The translations under genes and the position numbers were made by a program. DNA of 52,339 bases from positions 1 to 52,339 of the forward strand of contig CAMWWH010000001.1 of the NCBI GenBank assembly GCA_947177975.1. The letters run 5' to 3'. This DNA comes from an uncultured Clostridia bacterium (GTDB lineage: Bacteria; Bacillota; Clostridia; Christensenellales; Borkfalkiaceae). The notes beneath the pieces are model-generated. The model made no database searches. It was not told the DNA's origin and saw only the letters and a list, made by a program, of their open reading frames with translations. This document shows, in pieces, positions 36,097-44,535 of the stretch; within the stretch, counting starts at the first letter, position 1; every line of letters starts with the position of its first letter.

Positions 36097-37287
36097 ATGA
36101 AGAATTTCGTATTTATTTCACCTAATTTTCCCGACACTTACTGGCGGTTCTGCCGCGAGCTGAAAAACAACGGCTTCAACGTTTTCGGCATCGGCGACTG
36201 CGAGTATTTTCAGCTTCCGCACGAGCTCCGCGCAAGCCTGACCGAGTATTATAAGGTATCCTCGCTCGAAAGTTACGACGAGGTTTTCCGCGCGGTTGCC
36301 TTTTTCTCTTTCCGTTACGGCAAGATTGATTGGTTGGAGAGCAACAACGAGTACTGGCTGGAACAGGACGCGCGCCTTCGCACGGACTTCAATATCACGA
36401 GCGGCTTTAAAACCGAAGACATCGTCAAGGTCAAGTACAAGTCGGAAATGAAGCCGTATTACAAAAAGGCGGGCATTAAGGTTGCGCGCTACTGCATTGC
36501 CGACGACATTAAGACGTGCAAAAAATTCATCGAGAGCGTGGGCTATCCCGTAATCGTCAAGCCCGACAACGGCGTGGGCGCAAACGACACTCACAAGATT
36601 AAAAACGACGACGAGCTGAAGAGGTTTTTCGAAACCAAGCTGCCCGTATCGTATATTATGGAAGAGTTCATTCAAGCCGAGGTCAACTCGTACGACGCGA
36701 TTGTCGACAGCAAGGGCGAACCGATTTTCGAGACGGGCAACGTAACTCCGCTTTCGCTTATGGACGTGGTGACCGAAAACGGCGATTCGCTTTTCTATAT
36801 ATTAAATAAGCCGTTCGAGGACGTGCGCGACGCGGGACGCAGAGTTCTGAAAGCCTTTCAGGTGAAGAGCCGCTTCGTGCATTTCGAGTTCTTCCGCCTG
36901 ACCTGCGACCAGCCTATCGGAAAGAAGGGCGAGGTTGTGGCGCTTGAAGTCAATATGCGTCCGTCGGGCGGAATTTCTCCCGATATGATGAACTTTGCAA
37001 ACTCCACCGACGTTTACAAGATTTGGGCGGATATGATTGCTTTCGATAAAACCGATTTGACGTGCGGCGAAAGATTTTATTGCGCGTTCGCGGGCAGACG
37101 CGACAACAGGGAATACGTTTACCGCGAGCAGGATATAAGGGATAAGTTTTATAACAATCTTAAAATCGTGGGCAGAGTGCCGCGCGCGCTGTCGGGTGCT
37201 ATGGGCGATACAATGTATATCGCCAATTTCAAGACCAAAGAGGAGTTGGACGATTTCTTGAAGGAAATGATAGAGGAACGTAAGTAA
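36097..37287 (+). CDS. ATP-grasp domain protein (carboxylate-amine ligase-like)
   Basis: GYPVIVKPDNGVGANDTHKI and ALEVNMRPSGG are ATP-grasp signatures. 396 aa. Confidence 0.78.
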   Translation: MKNFVFISPNFPDTYWRFCRELKNNGFNVFGIGDCEYFQLPHELRASLTEYYKVSSLESYDEVFRAVAFFSFRYGKIDWLESNNEYWLEQDARLRTDFNITSGFKTEDIVKVKYKSEMKPYYKKAGIKVARYCIADDIKTCKKFIESVGYPVIVKPDNGVGANDTHKIKNDDELKRFFETKLPVSYIMEEFIQAEVNSYDAIVDSKGEPIFETGNVTPLSLMDVVTENGDSLFYILNKPFEDVRDAGRRVLKAFQVKSRFVHFEFFRLTCDQPIGKKGEVVALEVNMRPSGGISPDMMNFANSTDVYKIWADMIAFDKTDLTCGERFYCAFAGRRDNREYVYREQDIRDKFYNNLKIVGRVPRALSGAMGDTMYIANFKTKEELDDFLKEMIEERK

Positions 37288-37303
37288 TAAAATAATATAA
37301 AGC

Positions 37304-37335
37304 GCCCGCGCGTTGAAAAACGCGCGGGCTTTTTC
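37304..37335 (+). terminator. Rho-independent terminator
   Basis: Stem GCCCGCGCG / CGCGCGGGC, followed by TTTTT. Confidence 0.85.
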
Positions 37336-37361
37336 AGTGTAAAAATAAAAATTTCCGTGTG

Positions 37362-37390
37362 TCATAAAAAACAGAGGGGGCTCATAGAAT
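37362..37390 (+). promoter_or_regulatory. Sigma-E-type sporulation promoter upstream of spoIVA
   Basis: TCATAAA (37362-37368), a 14-nt spacer, then CATAGAAT (37383-37390). The B. subtilis sigma-E consensus is kmATATT-14-CATACAhT. Confidence 0.5.
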
Positions 37391-37425
37391 ATTAAACGTA
37401 ACGATAAACAAGCGGAGGCAAAGTT

Positions 37426-38898
37426 ATGTTTGACAGCGATATTTATAAGGATATAGCGGCAAGGAGCGGCGGCGAAATTTATATAGGCGTGGTGGGACCC
37501 GTGCGTACGGGTAAATCTACGCTGATAAAGCGGTTTATGACCGAACTCGTTTTGCCCAACGCGGACAGCAGCCGTCTTCAGGAAATGGTCGACGAGCTTC
37601 CGCAATCGGCGGCGGGTAAAACGGTTATGACTACCGAACCCAAGTTCATTCCCGCAAAGGCGGCGGAGGTGAAAATCGACAACGCGGAGGCGAAGGTGCG
37701 CCTTATCGACTGCGTAGGTTTTGCGGTCGAGGGCGCGGGCGGCTTCGAGGAGGACGGCAATCCCCGCCTCGTAAACACTATGTGGAGCGACAAACCGCTT
37801 CCCTTTACCGAGGCTGCGGCTATCGGTACGCAGAAGGTCATTCGCGACCACTCGACAATAGGTCTTTGCGTAACCTGCGACGGCTCGGTTACGGGTATCG
37901 CCCGCGAGGGGTACGTGCCCGCCGAGGAGAGGACGGTCGGCGAGCTTAAACGTATAGGTAAGCCGTTCGTAATAGTTTTAAACTGCGCCGACCCCGCAAG
38001 CGGCAGAGCGCAGGAGTTGAAGGCGGAGCTTGAGGCGAAGTATTCCAGCCCCGTAGTTGCAATCAACTGCGAAAAAGCGTCGCTCGACGAGCTGACGACT
38101 GTGCTCCGCGCGGTGCTCTTCGAGTTCCCCGTAACCAGCGTGGACGTTAAAATTCCCGACTGGATACGCGTTATGCCCGCCGACAGTTCGGCAATCTCCG
38201 AGCTCTTGTCCAGAGTGCGCCAGACCTGCGAAAGCGTGGCGGTTATGCGCGAGTGCTCGCAGTTCGACAATGCGTTCGAAGGCAGCAAATACTGGAAGGG
38301 CGAGGTCAGCGTAAACCTTTCGCTTGCAACGGGCAAGGCGACGGTGGAAGTGGGATTGCAGGACGGAGTGCTGTTCGATATGCTTTCGGAAATTTCGGGC
38401 GAGGATATCACCTGCGAGGGCGCGTTGATGAACTACGTCGCAGCGGCGAGCGAGGCAAAGCGCGAGTACGACAAGGTAAAGGACGCGTTCGAGCGCGCCA
38501 AGCTCACGGGTTACGGCATTGTATGCCCCGGCGACGGCGATATGACCTTGGAAAAGCCGAGGGTTGTAAAGCAGGGCGCGAATATGGGCATAAAGCTCAA
38601 GGCGAGCGCGCCGAGCTATCACGTGGTAAAGGTCGACGTGAGCGGCGAGGTCAGCCCGATAATGGGGCTCGCGTCGCAGAGCGAGGATATGGTCAAGGGT
38701 ATTATGAGCGGCTTCGAAACCGACCCCGACGGCACCTGGAACACCGCACTGTTCGGCAAGTCATTGCGGAGTATGGTTAAAGAAGGTCTGGACGGCAAGG
38801 TCAACGCTATGCAGGAAGAAACGCGCGGCAAGATGCGCCGCACTATCACCCGTATCGTCAACGAGGGCAAGGGCGGAGTTATCTGTATATTGTTATAA
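37426..38898 (+). CDS. spoIVA: Stage IV sporulation protein A (spore coat morphogenetic ATPase)
   Basis: Colinear by eye with B. subtilis SpoIVA along its length: IYIGVVGPVRTGKSTLIKRFM, DELPQSAAGKTVMTTEPKF, and the C-terminal RIVNEGKGGVICILL. Confidence 0.96.
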   Translation: MFDSDIYKDIAARSGGEIYIGVVGPVRTGKSTLIKRFMTELVLPNADSSRLQEMVDELPQSAAGKTVMTTEPKFIPAKAAEVKIDNAEAKVRLIDCVGFAVEGAGGFEEDGNPRLVNTMWSDKPLPFTEAAAIGTQKVIRDHSTIGLCVTCDGSVTGIAREGYVPAEERTVGELKRIGKPFVIVLNCADPASGRAQELKAELEAKYSSPVVAINCEKASLDELTTVLRAVLFEFPVTSVDVKIPDWIRVMPADSSAISELLSRVRQTCESVAVMRECSQFDNAFEGSKYWKGEVSVNLSLATGKATVEVGLQDGVLFDMLSEISGEDITCEGALMNYVAAASEAKREYDKVKDAFERAKLTGYGIVCPGDGDMTLEKPRVVKQGANMGIKLKASAPSYHVVKVDVSGEVSPIMGLASQSEDMVKGIMSGFETDPDGTWNTALFGKSLRSMVKEGLDGKVNAMQEETRGKMRRTITRIVNEGKGGVICILL

Positions 38899-38900
38899 TT

Positions 38901-38940
38901 AAAAAAGCCCTGCGCGGCATTTGCCGCGCAGGGCGCTTAT
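38901..38940. terminator. Bidirectional terminator
   Basis: Stem GCCCTGCGCGGCA / TGCCGCGCAGGGC, flanked by A6 upstream and T-rich sequence downstream. Confidence 0.8.
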
Positions 38941-39101
38941 TATTCACCTAACTTTTTGTCGTTTTCTTCGGACTTGTATTCGCCGGGAATAAGCATTTTG
39001 CCGTCGGCGGAGAACAGTGCCGCGGGGTTTTTAAGCGACGCGATATACTGGTTATACTGTTCGGCTGACAGCTTCTTGATTTTCTTCTTATTCTTTGACA
39101 T
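38940..39101 (-). CDS. Possible small protein (53 aa, Lys-rich N-terminus)
   Basis: Hand translation: MSKNKKKIKKLSAEQYNQYIASLKNPAALFSADGKMLIPGEYKSEENDKKLGE. It is below the ORF-track cutoff. GGAGG lies 8 nt upstream, but that SD is part of the serA terminator stem. Confidence 0.35.
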   Translation of the reverse strand: MSKNKKKIKKLSAEQYNQYIASLKNPAALFSADGKMLIPGEYKSEENDKKLGE

Positions 39102-39147
39102 AAAATAACCTCCGTACATTTGACCTTTTTATCATTATGTACGGAGG
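39101..39147 (-). terminator. serCA terminator hairpin
   Basis: 11-bp stem CCTCCGTACAT / ATGTACGGAGG (39109-39119 / 39137-39147), followed on the minus strand by TTATTTT. Confidence 0.6.
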
Positions 39148-39171
39148 CTTTGATTTCTATACAGCTAAAAA

Positions 39172-40329
39172 CTAAATTACGCGCACTCTGACAACGCCGT
39201 CGATTGCCGCTATTTTTTCGGCAAGAGCGGGGGCGGGCTTTGCGTTTACGTCGATAATGCAGTACGCATAGTCGCCCTTGGATTTGTCCGCCATATTCTC
39301 GATATTCAGTCCCGCGGACGAAACCGCCGCCGTGAACTGCGCAATCATATTCGCAACGTTTTTGTGGTGCACGCAGATACGCGCCGCGCCCTCTCTGGGA
39401 GCGCTCAGAGCGGGATAGTTCACGCTGTTTACTATGTTGCCGTTTTCGATATAATCCACGAGCTGTTTAGCCGCCATAAGCGCGCAGTTGTCCTCCGCCT
39501 CGGGAGTGCTCGCACCCAAATGGGGCACACATATAGCGTTGTTAACACCTATAAGCTCCGCCGAGGGGAAGTCGGTGATATATCTTGCAAGCTTGCCGTT
39601 TCCGAGTGCGGCAATGACCGCTCCCGTATCCGCAAGCTCTCCGCGCGAGTTGTTTATAAGCACCGCGCCGTCCTTCATCATTCCTATCGTCTGTTCGTTG
39701 AACATACCCTTGGTATCGGGAGTGAGGGGCACGTGCACCGTGATATAGTCGGCACGTTTATAAATTTCTTCGCGGGTGGCTACGACTTTAACAGCGGGGT
39801 TTAAAAGCAGTGCGTTGGCGGTGGAAAGGTAGGGGTCGCAACCGACTACGTTCATACCGAGAGCACTCGCCGTGTTGGCGACGGCAATGCCTATCGCCCC
39901 CAGACCGATAACGCCCAAAGTCTTGCCTAAAATCTCGCCGCCGACGAACGACGACTTGCCCTTTTCGACAAGCTTGCCCACGGCGTCTCCCTCGTTTTTC
40001 AGGGTCTTGACCCAATCGATTGCGTCGGTTATTTTTCTGCCGCCCAAAAAGAGTTCGCAGATAACCAACTCTTTAACCGCGTTTGCGTTCGCGCCGGGGG
40101 TGTTGAAAACCACTATGCCCTTTTGTGTGTAGTCGGCAACGGGGATATTGTTAGTGCCCGCGCCCGCACGCGCAACTGCAATCAGCTTATCGCCGACCTT
40201 GTAGTCCGCCATAACCGCCGAGCGCACCATTATGCCGTCGGGGTTTTCAGCCTTGTCGCTGTAATCGTACCCTTTAAAAATTTCGTCCGCCAAAGGTGAT
40301 ATGGCGTTTAACTTCAATATAGCTGCCAT
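39172..40329 (-). CDS. serA: D-3-phosphoglycerate dehydrogenase with C-terminal ACT domain
   Basis: NAD motif GVIGLGAIG and catalytic NNSRGEL..HLGAST. Overlaps the serC stop (ATGA). Confidence 0.92.
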   Translation of the reverse strand: MAAILKLNAISPLADEIFKGYDYSDKAENPDGIMVRSAVMADYKVGDKLIAVARAGAGTNNIPVADYTQKGIVVFNTPGANANAVKELVICELFLGGRKITDAIDWVKTLKNEGDAVGKLVEKGKSSFVGGEILGKTLGVIGLGAIGIAVANTASALGMNVVGCDPYLSTANALLLNPAVKVVATREEIYKRADYITVHVPLTPDTKGMFNEQTIGMMKDGAVLINNSRGELADTGAVIAALGNGKLARYITDFPSAELIGVNNAICVPHLGASTPEAEDNCALMAAKQLVDYIENGNIVNSVNYPALSAPREGAARICVHHKNVANMIAQFTAAVSSAGLNIENMADKSKGDYAYCIIDVNAKPAPALAEKIAAIDGVVRVRVI

Positions 40330-41402
40330 CAGCCGTTCTCCTTTTCGAATTTCTTCATAAACTCTATGAGCGCCTTTACGCCCTCGACGGGCATTGCGTT
40401 GTAAATGGACGCACGCATACCGCCTACAATTCTGTGACCTTTAAGCGATACCAAGCCCGCCTTCTTCGCCTCGGCGACGAACTTCGCGTCCAGCTCCTCG
40501 CTGCCCGTGACGAAGGGCACGTTCATAATCGAGCGGAACTCGGGCACGACGTTGTTTTTGTACAGCTTCGAGTTGTCGATAAAGTCGTATAAGAGCGCCG
40601 CCTTGTATTCGTTCTGCTGCTGCATAGCCTTTACGCCGCCCAGCTCTTTGAGGTTTTCGAGCACGAGGTTAGCCATATAAATGGCGAATGCGGGAGGGGT
40701 ATTGTACAGCGAGCCGTTCTCGTCCTGCACCTTCCATTTGAGCATGGTGGGGCAGATTTTAAGCGGGTTTTCTATAAGACTGCGCTTTGCGATAACAATG
40801 GTTACGCCCGCGGGTGCGAGGTTCTTCTGCGCGCCCGCATAGATTACGCCGAAGTCGGAAACGTTGACCTCGCGTGAAAAAATTTCGGACGACATATCCG
40901 CAACCAGCGGCGCCTTGCACTTGGGGAATTTGGAATAGCGCGAGCCGAAAATCGTGTTGTTGGAAGTGATATGCACGTAGTCCGCGCCGTCGGTGTAGGC
41001 AAGCTTGTCGACGTCGGGGATATAGGTGTAGGTCTTATCCGAGCTGTCGCCTATCTTGTTGGCGGTGCCGTATATCTGACCCTCCTGCCAAGCCTTTTTC
41101 GCGAAGTTGCCCGTAACTATGTAGTCGGCAACGCCCGTCTGCATAAGGTTTAAGGGGATTGCCGCAAACTGCGTGCTCGCGCCGCCCTGAACGAAGATGA
41201 CCGCGTAATCGTCGGGCACGTTCAGAAGCTCGCGCACAAGAGCCTCGGCGCTCTTTACAACCGCCTCGTACGCCTTGTCGCGGTGGGAAATTTCGCATAC
41301 CGACATACCCGTTCCCGCAAAGTCTAAAAATTCGCTTTGCGCCTTTTCGAGCACTTTCAAAGGCAGAGTGGAAGGTCCTGCCGCAAAATTGTAAACTCTC
41401 AT
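40329..41402 (-). CDS. serC: Phosphoserine aminotransferase
   Basis: MRVYNFAAGPSTLP start at 41402 with an AGAGG SD. The 55-aa upstream extension of the ORF is AT-rich non-coding sequence and is rejected. Confidence 0.93.
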   Translation of the reverse strand: MRVYNFAAGPSTLPLKVLEKAQSEFLDFAGTGMSVCEISHRDKAYEAVVKSAEALVRELLNVPDDYAVIFVQGGASTQFAAIPLNLMQTGVADYIVTGNFAKKAWQEGQIYGTANKIGDSSDKTYTYIPDVDKLAYTDGADYVHITSNNTIFGSRYSKFPKCKAPLVADMSSEIFSREVNVSDFGVIYAGAQKNLAPAGVTIVIAKRSLIENPLKICPTMLKWKVQDENGSLYNTPPAFAIYMANLVLENLKELGGVKAMQQQNEYKAALLYDFIDNSKLYKNNVVPEFRSIMNVPFVTGSEELDAKFVAEAKKAGLVSLKGHRIVGGMRASIYNAMPVEGVKALIEFMKKFEKENG

Positions 41403-41525
41403 AATAAAAACCTCTTTTTTAATATTTTCCGATAATTTTAAGTCAAACTCGCGTGCGTGACAGAAAAATGCATATAAATTGAATTTTTCCGTGCGTTTAT
41501 GCGCAAATTTGAATAAATTACGGTC

Positions 41526-41554
41526 ATTATACACCTTTATGAAAAAATATACAA
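41526..41554 (-). promoter_or_regulatory. Candidate serCA promoter TTGTAT-17-TATAAT (minus strand)
   Basis: On the minus strand, TTGTAT is at 41554-41549 and TATAAT is at 41531-41526. Confidence 0.5.
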
Positions 41555-41694
41555 GCATTTTGCACAATAAAATGAAAATAGGCTAAAATTTCGGAAGGCG
41601 CGAAAAGTTGCTTAAAAAGCCTGTGTTTTCTCCGCGTGCGCCTGCGTGCGAAAAAAAATTCTTTAAAAATGTCCGAAAAAATTCTTTAATTATA

Positions 41695-41723
41695 TTTACA
41701 ATTGCGCAAAATTAGTGTAAACT
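41695..41723 (+). promoter_or_regulatory. Candidate promoter TTTACA-17-TAAACT
   Basis: TTTACA at 41695-41700 and TAAACT at 41718-41723. It would give a roughly 190-nt leader before ATG 41916. Confidence 0.4.
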
Positions 41724-41915
41724 AAATAGCGAGTACGTATTTTTTATATTGGAATTGGGGCGCATATATACCGCAATCAACACGATTTCGGGCGTAAAAT
41801 TACCGATAAACGGACGAAGAATACGCACAAACTCGGCAAGAGTAAAATTTTTCGTGAAATTTTTCCGGTTTTATTAAGGGAAATTCGACGGGGAAAAAGT
41901 TTCGAGAGGTGAAAT

Positions 41916-44456
41916 ATGAGTGATAACAAAAACGGAAAGGGTATGACTAAGGCAGACGTTATACTCACGAGAATCGAGCAGCTTACGAAGCAGGTCGCTT
42001 CACTCGAAAACCGCGTTGCGCGCGGCTTGTCGGGCGGCGGCTCGAAGGGTGGCGCAGGCGCAGCGCCCGCCGCTAATAACGACGCGGCGTATAACGCTAT
42101 TATCCGCAAGCTTTCCGAAGAAAACGCTACGCTCAAAAAGGAAATATCTTTCGTTTCCGCGCAGATTGAGGGCTTGTTCGCTTCGCTTTCCAGAATGATT
42201 GGCAAGCTGCCCGAAAAAATGGGCGCGGGCAACGGCGCGCAGTCGGCGGGCAGTAACGACAATATGGACGTCGACGATCTCGCGTCCCGCGTTGCCGCAA
42301 AGATTATTATACCCGAAACCGATTTCTCGGATTTCGACCCCGGCAGCATGGTATCTTCCGCGGGTATCGACTACGACGCTCTCGGCTATGCGGTAGCAAA
42401 GCGTCTGTACGTTCCCCAGGCTATTGCCGAGGAAGTAGACTACGATAAGCTTGCCGAGAAGATGAGTGAAAAAATGCCTCCCGTGCAGGTCGACTACGAC
42501 GAGCTTGGCAGCACGGTTGCAAAGAGAATGTTTATTCCTCAGGCGATTGCCGAGGAAGTCGACTACGACGCGATTGCGAACAAGGTTATCGAAAAACTTC
42601 CCGCTTACGGCACGATTGCCGACGAGACGGCTTACGCTTCGGCAGAGCCCGTATCGGTACAGGCGGAAATCGATTACGACCTGCTTGCTTCCAAGGTTGC
42701 CGAGGCGGTTTCCGTGCAGGAACCCGTATCCGCAGACTATATCGCCGCGCGCGTTGCCGAACAGATTATAATTCCGCAGACGGCAGTACAGGCGGAGGCG
42801 GTCGACCTCGACGTCGAGGAGCTTTCGAGAAAGGTTGCCGACAAGATTGCTATTCCCGCGTACGAACCCGCGGAGAACGTGGACGAGGAGAGACTTGCCG
42901 AGGCTATTGCCGAGCGTCTTAAAGAGAGTGAGGAAATCGAAGAGGCGACCCCCGCTTCGTACGAAGCTACTCTCGACGAAGAGTCGCTTGCGGAAAATAT
43001 CGCGTCGCGCCTCAACTTCTCGCTTTCGGACGAGCTCATTGCCGAGGCGGTCGTTAAAAACCTCGCGGACGCAATCGACTCCGACGAGATTGCCGACTGC
43101 GTTGCGAAGAAGGTCGGCTCTATTTCCCCCGAGCAGTTTGAAATCACCGTCGACGACGACGGCTGCGATTCGCTTGCAAAGGCGGTCGAGAGCAGACTCG
43201 ACTACGACTCGCTTGCCGCCGCGGTTGCCGAAAAGCTCAACCCCGCGTTTATGGCTGCGGACGTTACGAGCGATATCGACACCGACGAGCTGGCGAGAGC
43301 GCTTTCGGACAAGCTTTCGGTTAACGCCGATATCAACGAGGACGTGCTTGCCGACAAGGCGGCTGCCATTCTTTCCAACTATATGCCCGAGGTCGACAGT
43401 GCGGATATCGCCGACAAGGTCATTGCGGGTATAATTCCCGCGTTGCCTTCGACTCCCGTTATAGACGGCGAGGGCATAGCCAACACGGTTACCGAGAGGT
43501 TGGTTGAAAATCAGGAAAATACCGATTACGAAATCGTCATCGACGACGACGGACTTGCGCGCATAAGCGACAGCGTTTCCGAAGAGATTGCAAAGGACGA
43601 GGACGAGCGCCACGCGAAAATCAACGAAGAGATTGACAACATCAAAGAAGAATACGGCAAGCGCTTCGACAAGATTGACAACGATATCGAAGAGATTAAG
43701 CGTATGTTGCTTTCGGGTATCGTAGTTGCGGCGGGTACGGTTGAAACGGCGACGACCGAGGTCGTTGAGGAAGTTCAGCCCGAGGAAGAGCTTGTGACGG
43801 TAAGCGACTTGCTTGTCGAGGAAGAGCCCGTACAGGAAGAGCCGGTTGAAGAAGTAGAAGAAGTAGAAGAAGAGCCCGAGGAAGAAAACGACGAGGTTAT
43901 TGAAGAAATCGTAGAGGATATCGACGAAAACCTTTCCGACGAAGAGATTATGCCCGACGGTATGGACGGCGGCGTCGACTTCGCAAACATGATGAAGTAC
44001 AACCGTTCGTTCATCGCCAGAATTATTCAGGGTACGGACGAACAGAAAACCTACTACGGCGAGGTTAAGACTGCGCTGTTGTCGTACAAGAAGGTCAACT
44101 CCAACGTTGCCTGGGGCGCAGAGCGTTTCAACAAGGGCAGAGAGACGATTGCCAGATTTAAAATCCGCGGCAAGACGCTTTGCCTGTACCTCAATCTCGA
44201 CCCCAACGATTACGAGACGAGCGTTTACCACCACGCGGACGTGTCCGACAACAAGTCTATGCGCGGTACGCCTATGATGGTCAAGATTAAGAGCCCCCGC
44301 GGCGTTAAAAAGGCGATAAGGCTGATTGACGATATGCTTGCAAAGAGAAACGGCGAGAAGCATAAGATTGCCGAGCGTGACTATGCGGCAATGTATCCTT
44401 ACGAAACCATCGAGGAGTTAATCGAAGACGGCTTGGTTAAGGACGTAAGAAAATAA
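41916..44456 (+). CDS. Highly acidic repeat protein with N-terminal coiled coil, about 19 degenerate helical repeats, a poly-Glu tract and a basic globular C-terminal domain; function unknown
   Basis: SD GAGAGGTG. 846 aa. The repeats are of the type (V/I)DYDxLAxxVAxxL. The C-terminal domain is YNRSFIARIIQ...IRGKTLCLYLNLDP...MVKIKSPRGVKKAIRLIDDM. Confidence 0.85.
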   Translation: MSDNKNGKGMTKADVILTRIEQLTKQVASLENRVARGLSGGGSKGGAGAAPAANNDAAYNAIIRKLSEENATLKKEISFVSAQIEGLFASLSRMIGKLPEKMGAGNGAQSAGSNDNMDVDDLASRVAAKIIIPETDFSDFDPGSMVSSAGIDYDALGYAVAKRLYVPQAIAEEVDYDKLAEKMSEKMPPVQVDYDELGSTVAKRMFIPQAIAEEVDYDAIANKVIEKLPAYGTIADETAYASAEPVSVQAEIDYDLLASKVAEAVSVQEPVSADYIAARVAEQIIIPQTAVQAEAVDLDVEELSRKVADKIAIPAYEPAENVDEERLAEAIAERLKESEEIEEATPASYEATLDEESLAENIASRLNFSLSDELIAEAVVKNLADAIDSDEIADCVAKKVGSISPEQFEITVDDDGCDSLAKAVESRLDYDSLAAAVAEKLNPAFMAADVTSDIDTDELARALSDKLSVNADINEDVLADKAAAILSNYMPEVDSADIADKVIAGIIPALPSTPVIDGEGIANTVTERLVENQENTDYEIVIDDDGLARISDSVSEEIAKDEDERHAKINEEIDNIKEEYGKRFDKIDNDIEEIKRMLLSGIVVAAGTVETATTEVVEEVQPEEELVTVSDLLVEEEPVQEEPVEEVEEVEEEPEEENDEVIEEIVEDIDENLSDEEIMPDGMDGGVDFANMMKYNRSFIARIIQGTDEQKTYYGEVKTALLSYKKVNSNVAWGAERFNKGRETIARFKIRGKTLCLYLNLDPNDYETSVYHHADVSDNKSMRGTPMMVKIKSPRGVKKAIRLIDDMLAKRNGEKHKIAERDYAAMYPYETIEELIEDGLVKDVRK
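42270..43595 (+). repeat. Degenerate in-frame tandem coding repeats (17-25 aa units)
   Basis: About 19 units by hand count, for example IDYDALGYAVAKRL, VDYDKLAEKMSEKM, VDYDELGSTVAKRM, VDYDAIANKVIEKL, LDYDSLAAAVAEKL, IDTDELARALSDKL. Confidence 0.7.
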
Positions 44457-44483
44457 GACGGATAAACTTTACTAAAGATAAAG

Positions 44484-44516
44484 AAGGGGGTGTTAAATTC
44501 AAACGCCCCCTTTTGT
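44484..44516 (+). terminator. Rho-independent terminator
   Basis: Stem GGGGGTG / CGCCCCC, followed by TTTTGT. Confidence 0.7.
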
Positions 44517-44535
44517 ATGATAAAAGGATAATTTA

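Noticed and set aside
41403-41567. A 55-codon N-terminal extension of serC
   Set aside because: The extension is AT-rich and contains the candidate promoter. The canonical SerC N-terminus MRVYNFAAGPS starts at 41402 with an SD.
41653-41689. Direct repeat AAAAAATTCTTTAA x2 (41653-41666 and 41676-41689), considered as a possible iteron or CRISPR-like repeat
   Set aside because: There are only two copies, both in low-complexity AT-rich intergenic DNA. There are no further repeats and no cas or rep genes.
42000-44363. A 787-aa ORF on the minus strand, entirely inside the acidic repeat gene
   Set aside because: The sense strand has the SD, the promoter and a coherent domain and repeat structure. 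The antisense product is low-complexity and Arg/Val/Leu/Asn-rich. The frame stays open only because the sense GAx/GCx/GTx-rich codons exclude antisense stop codons.
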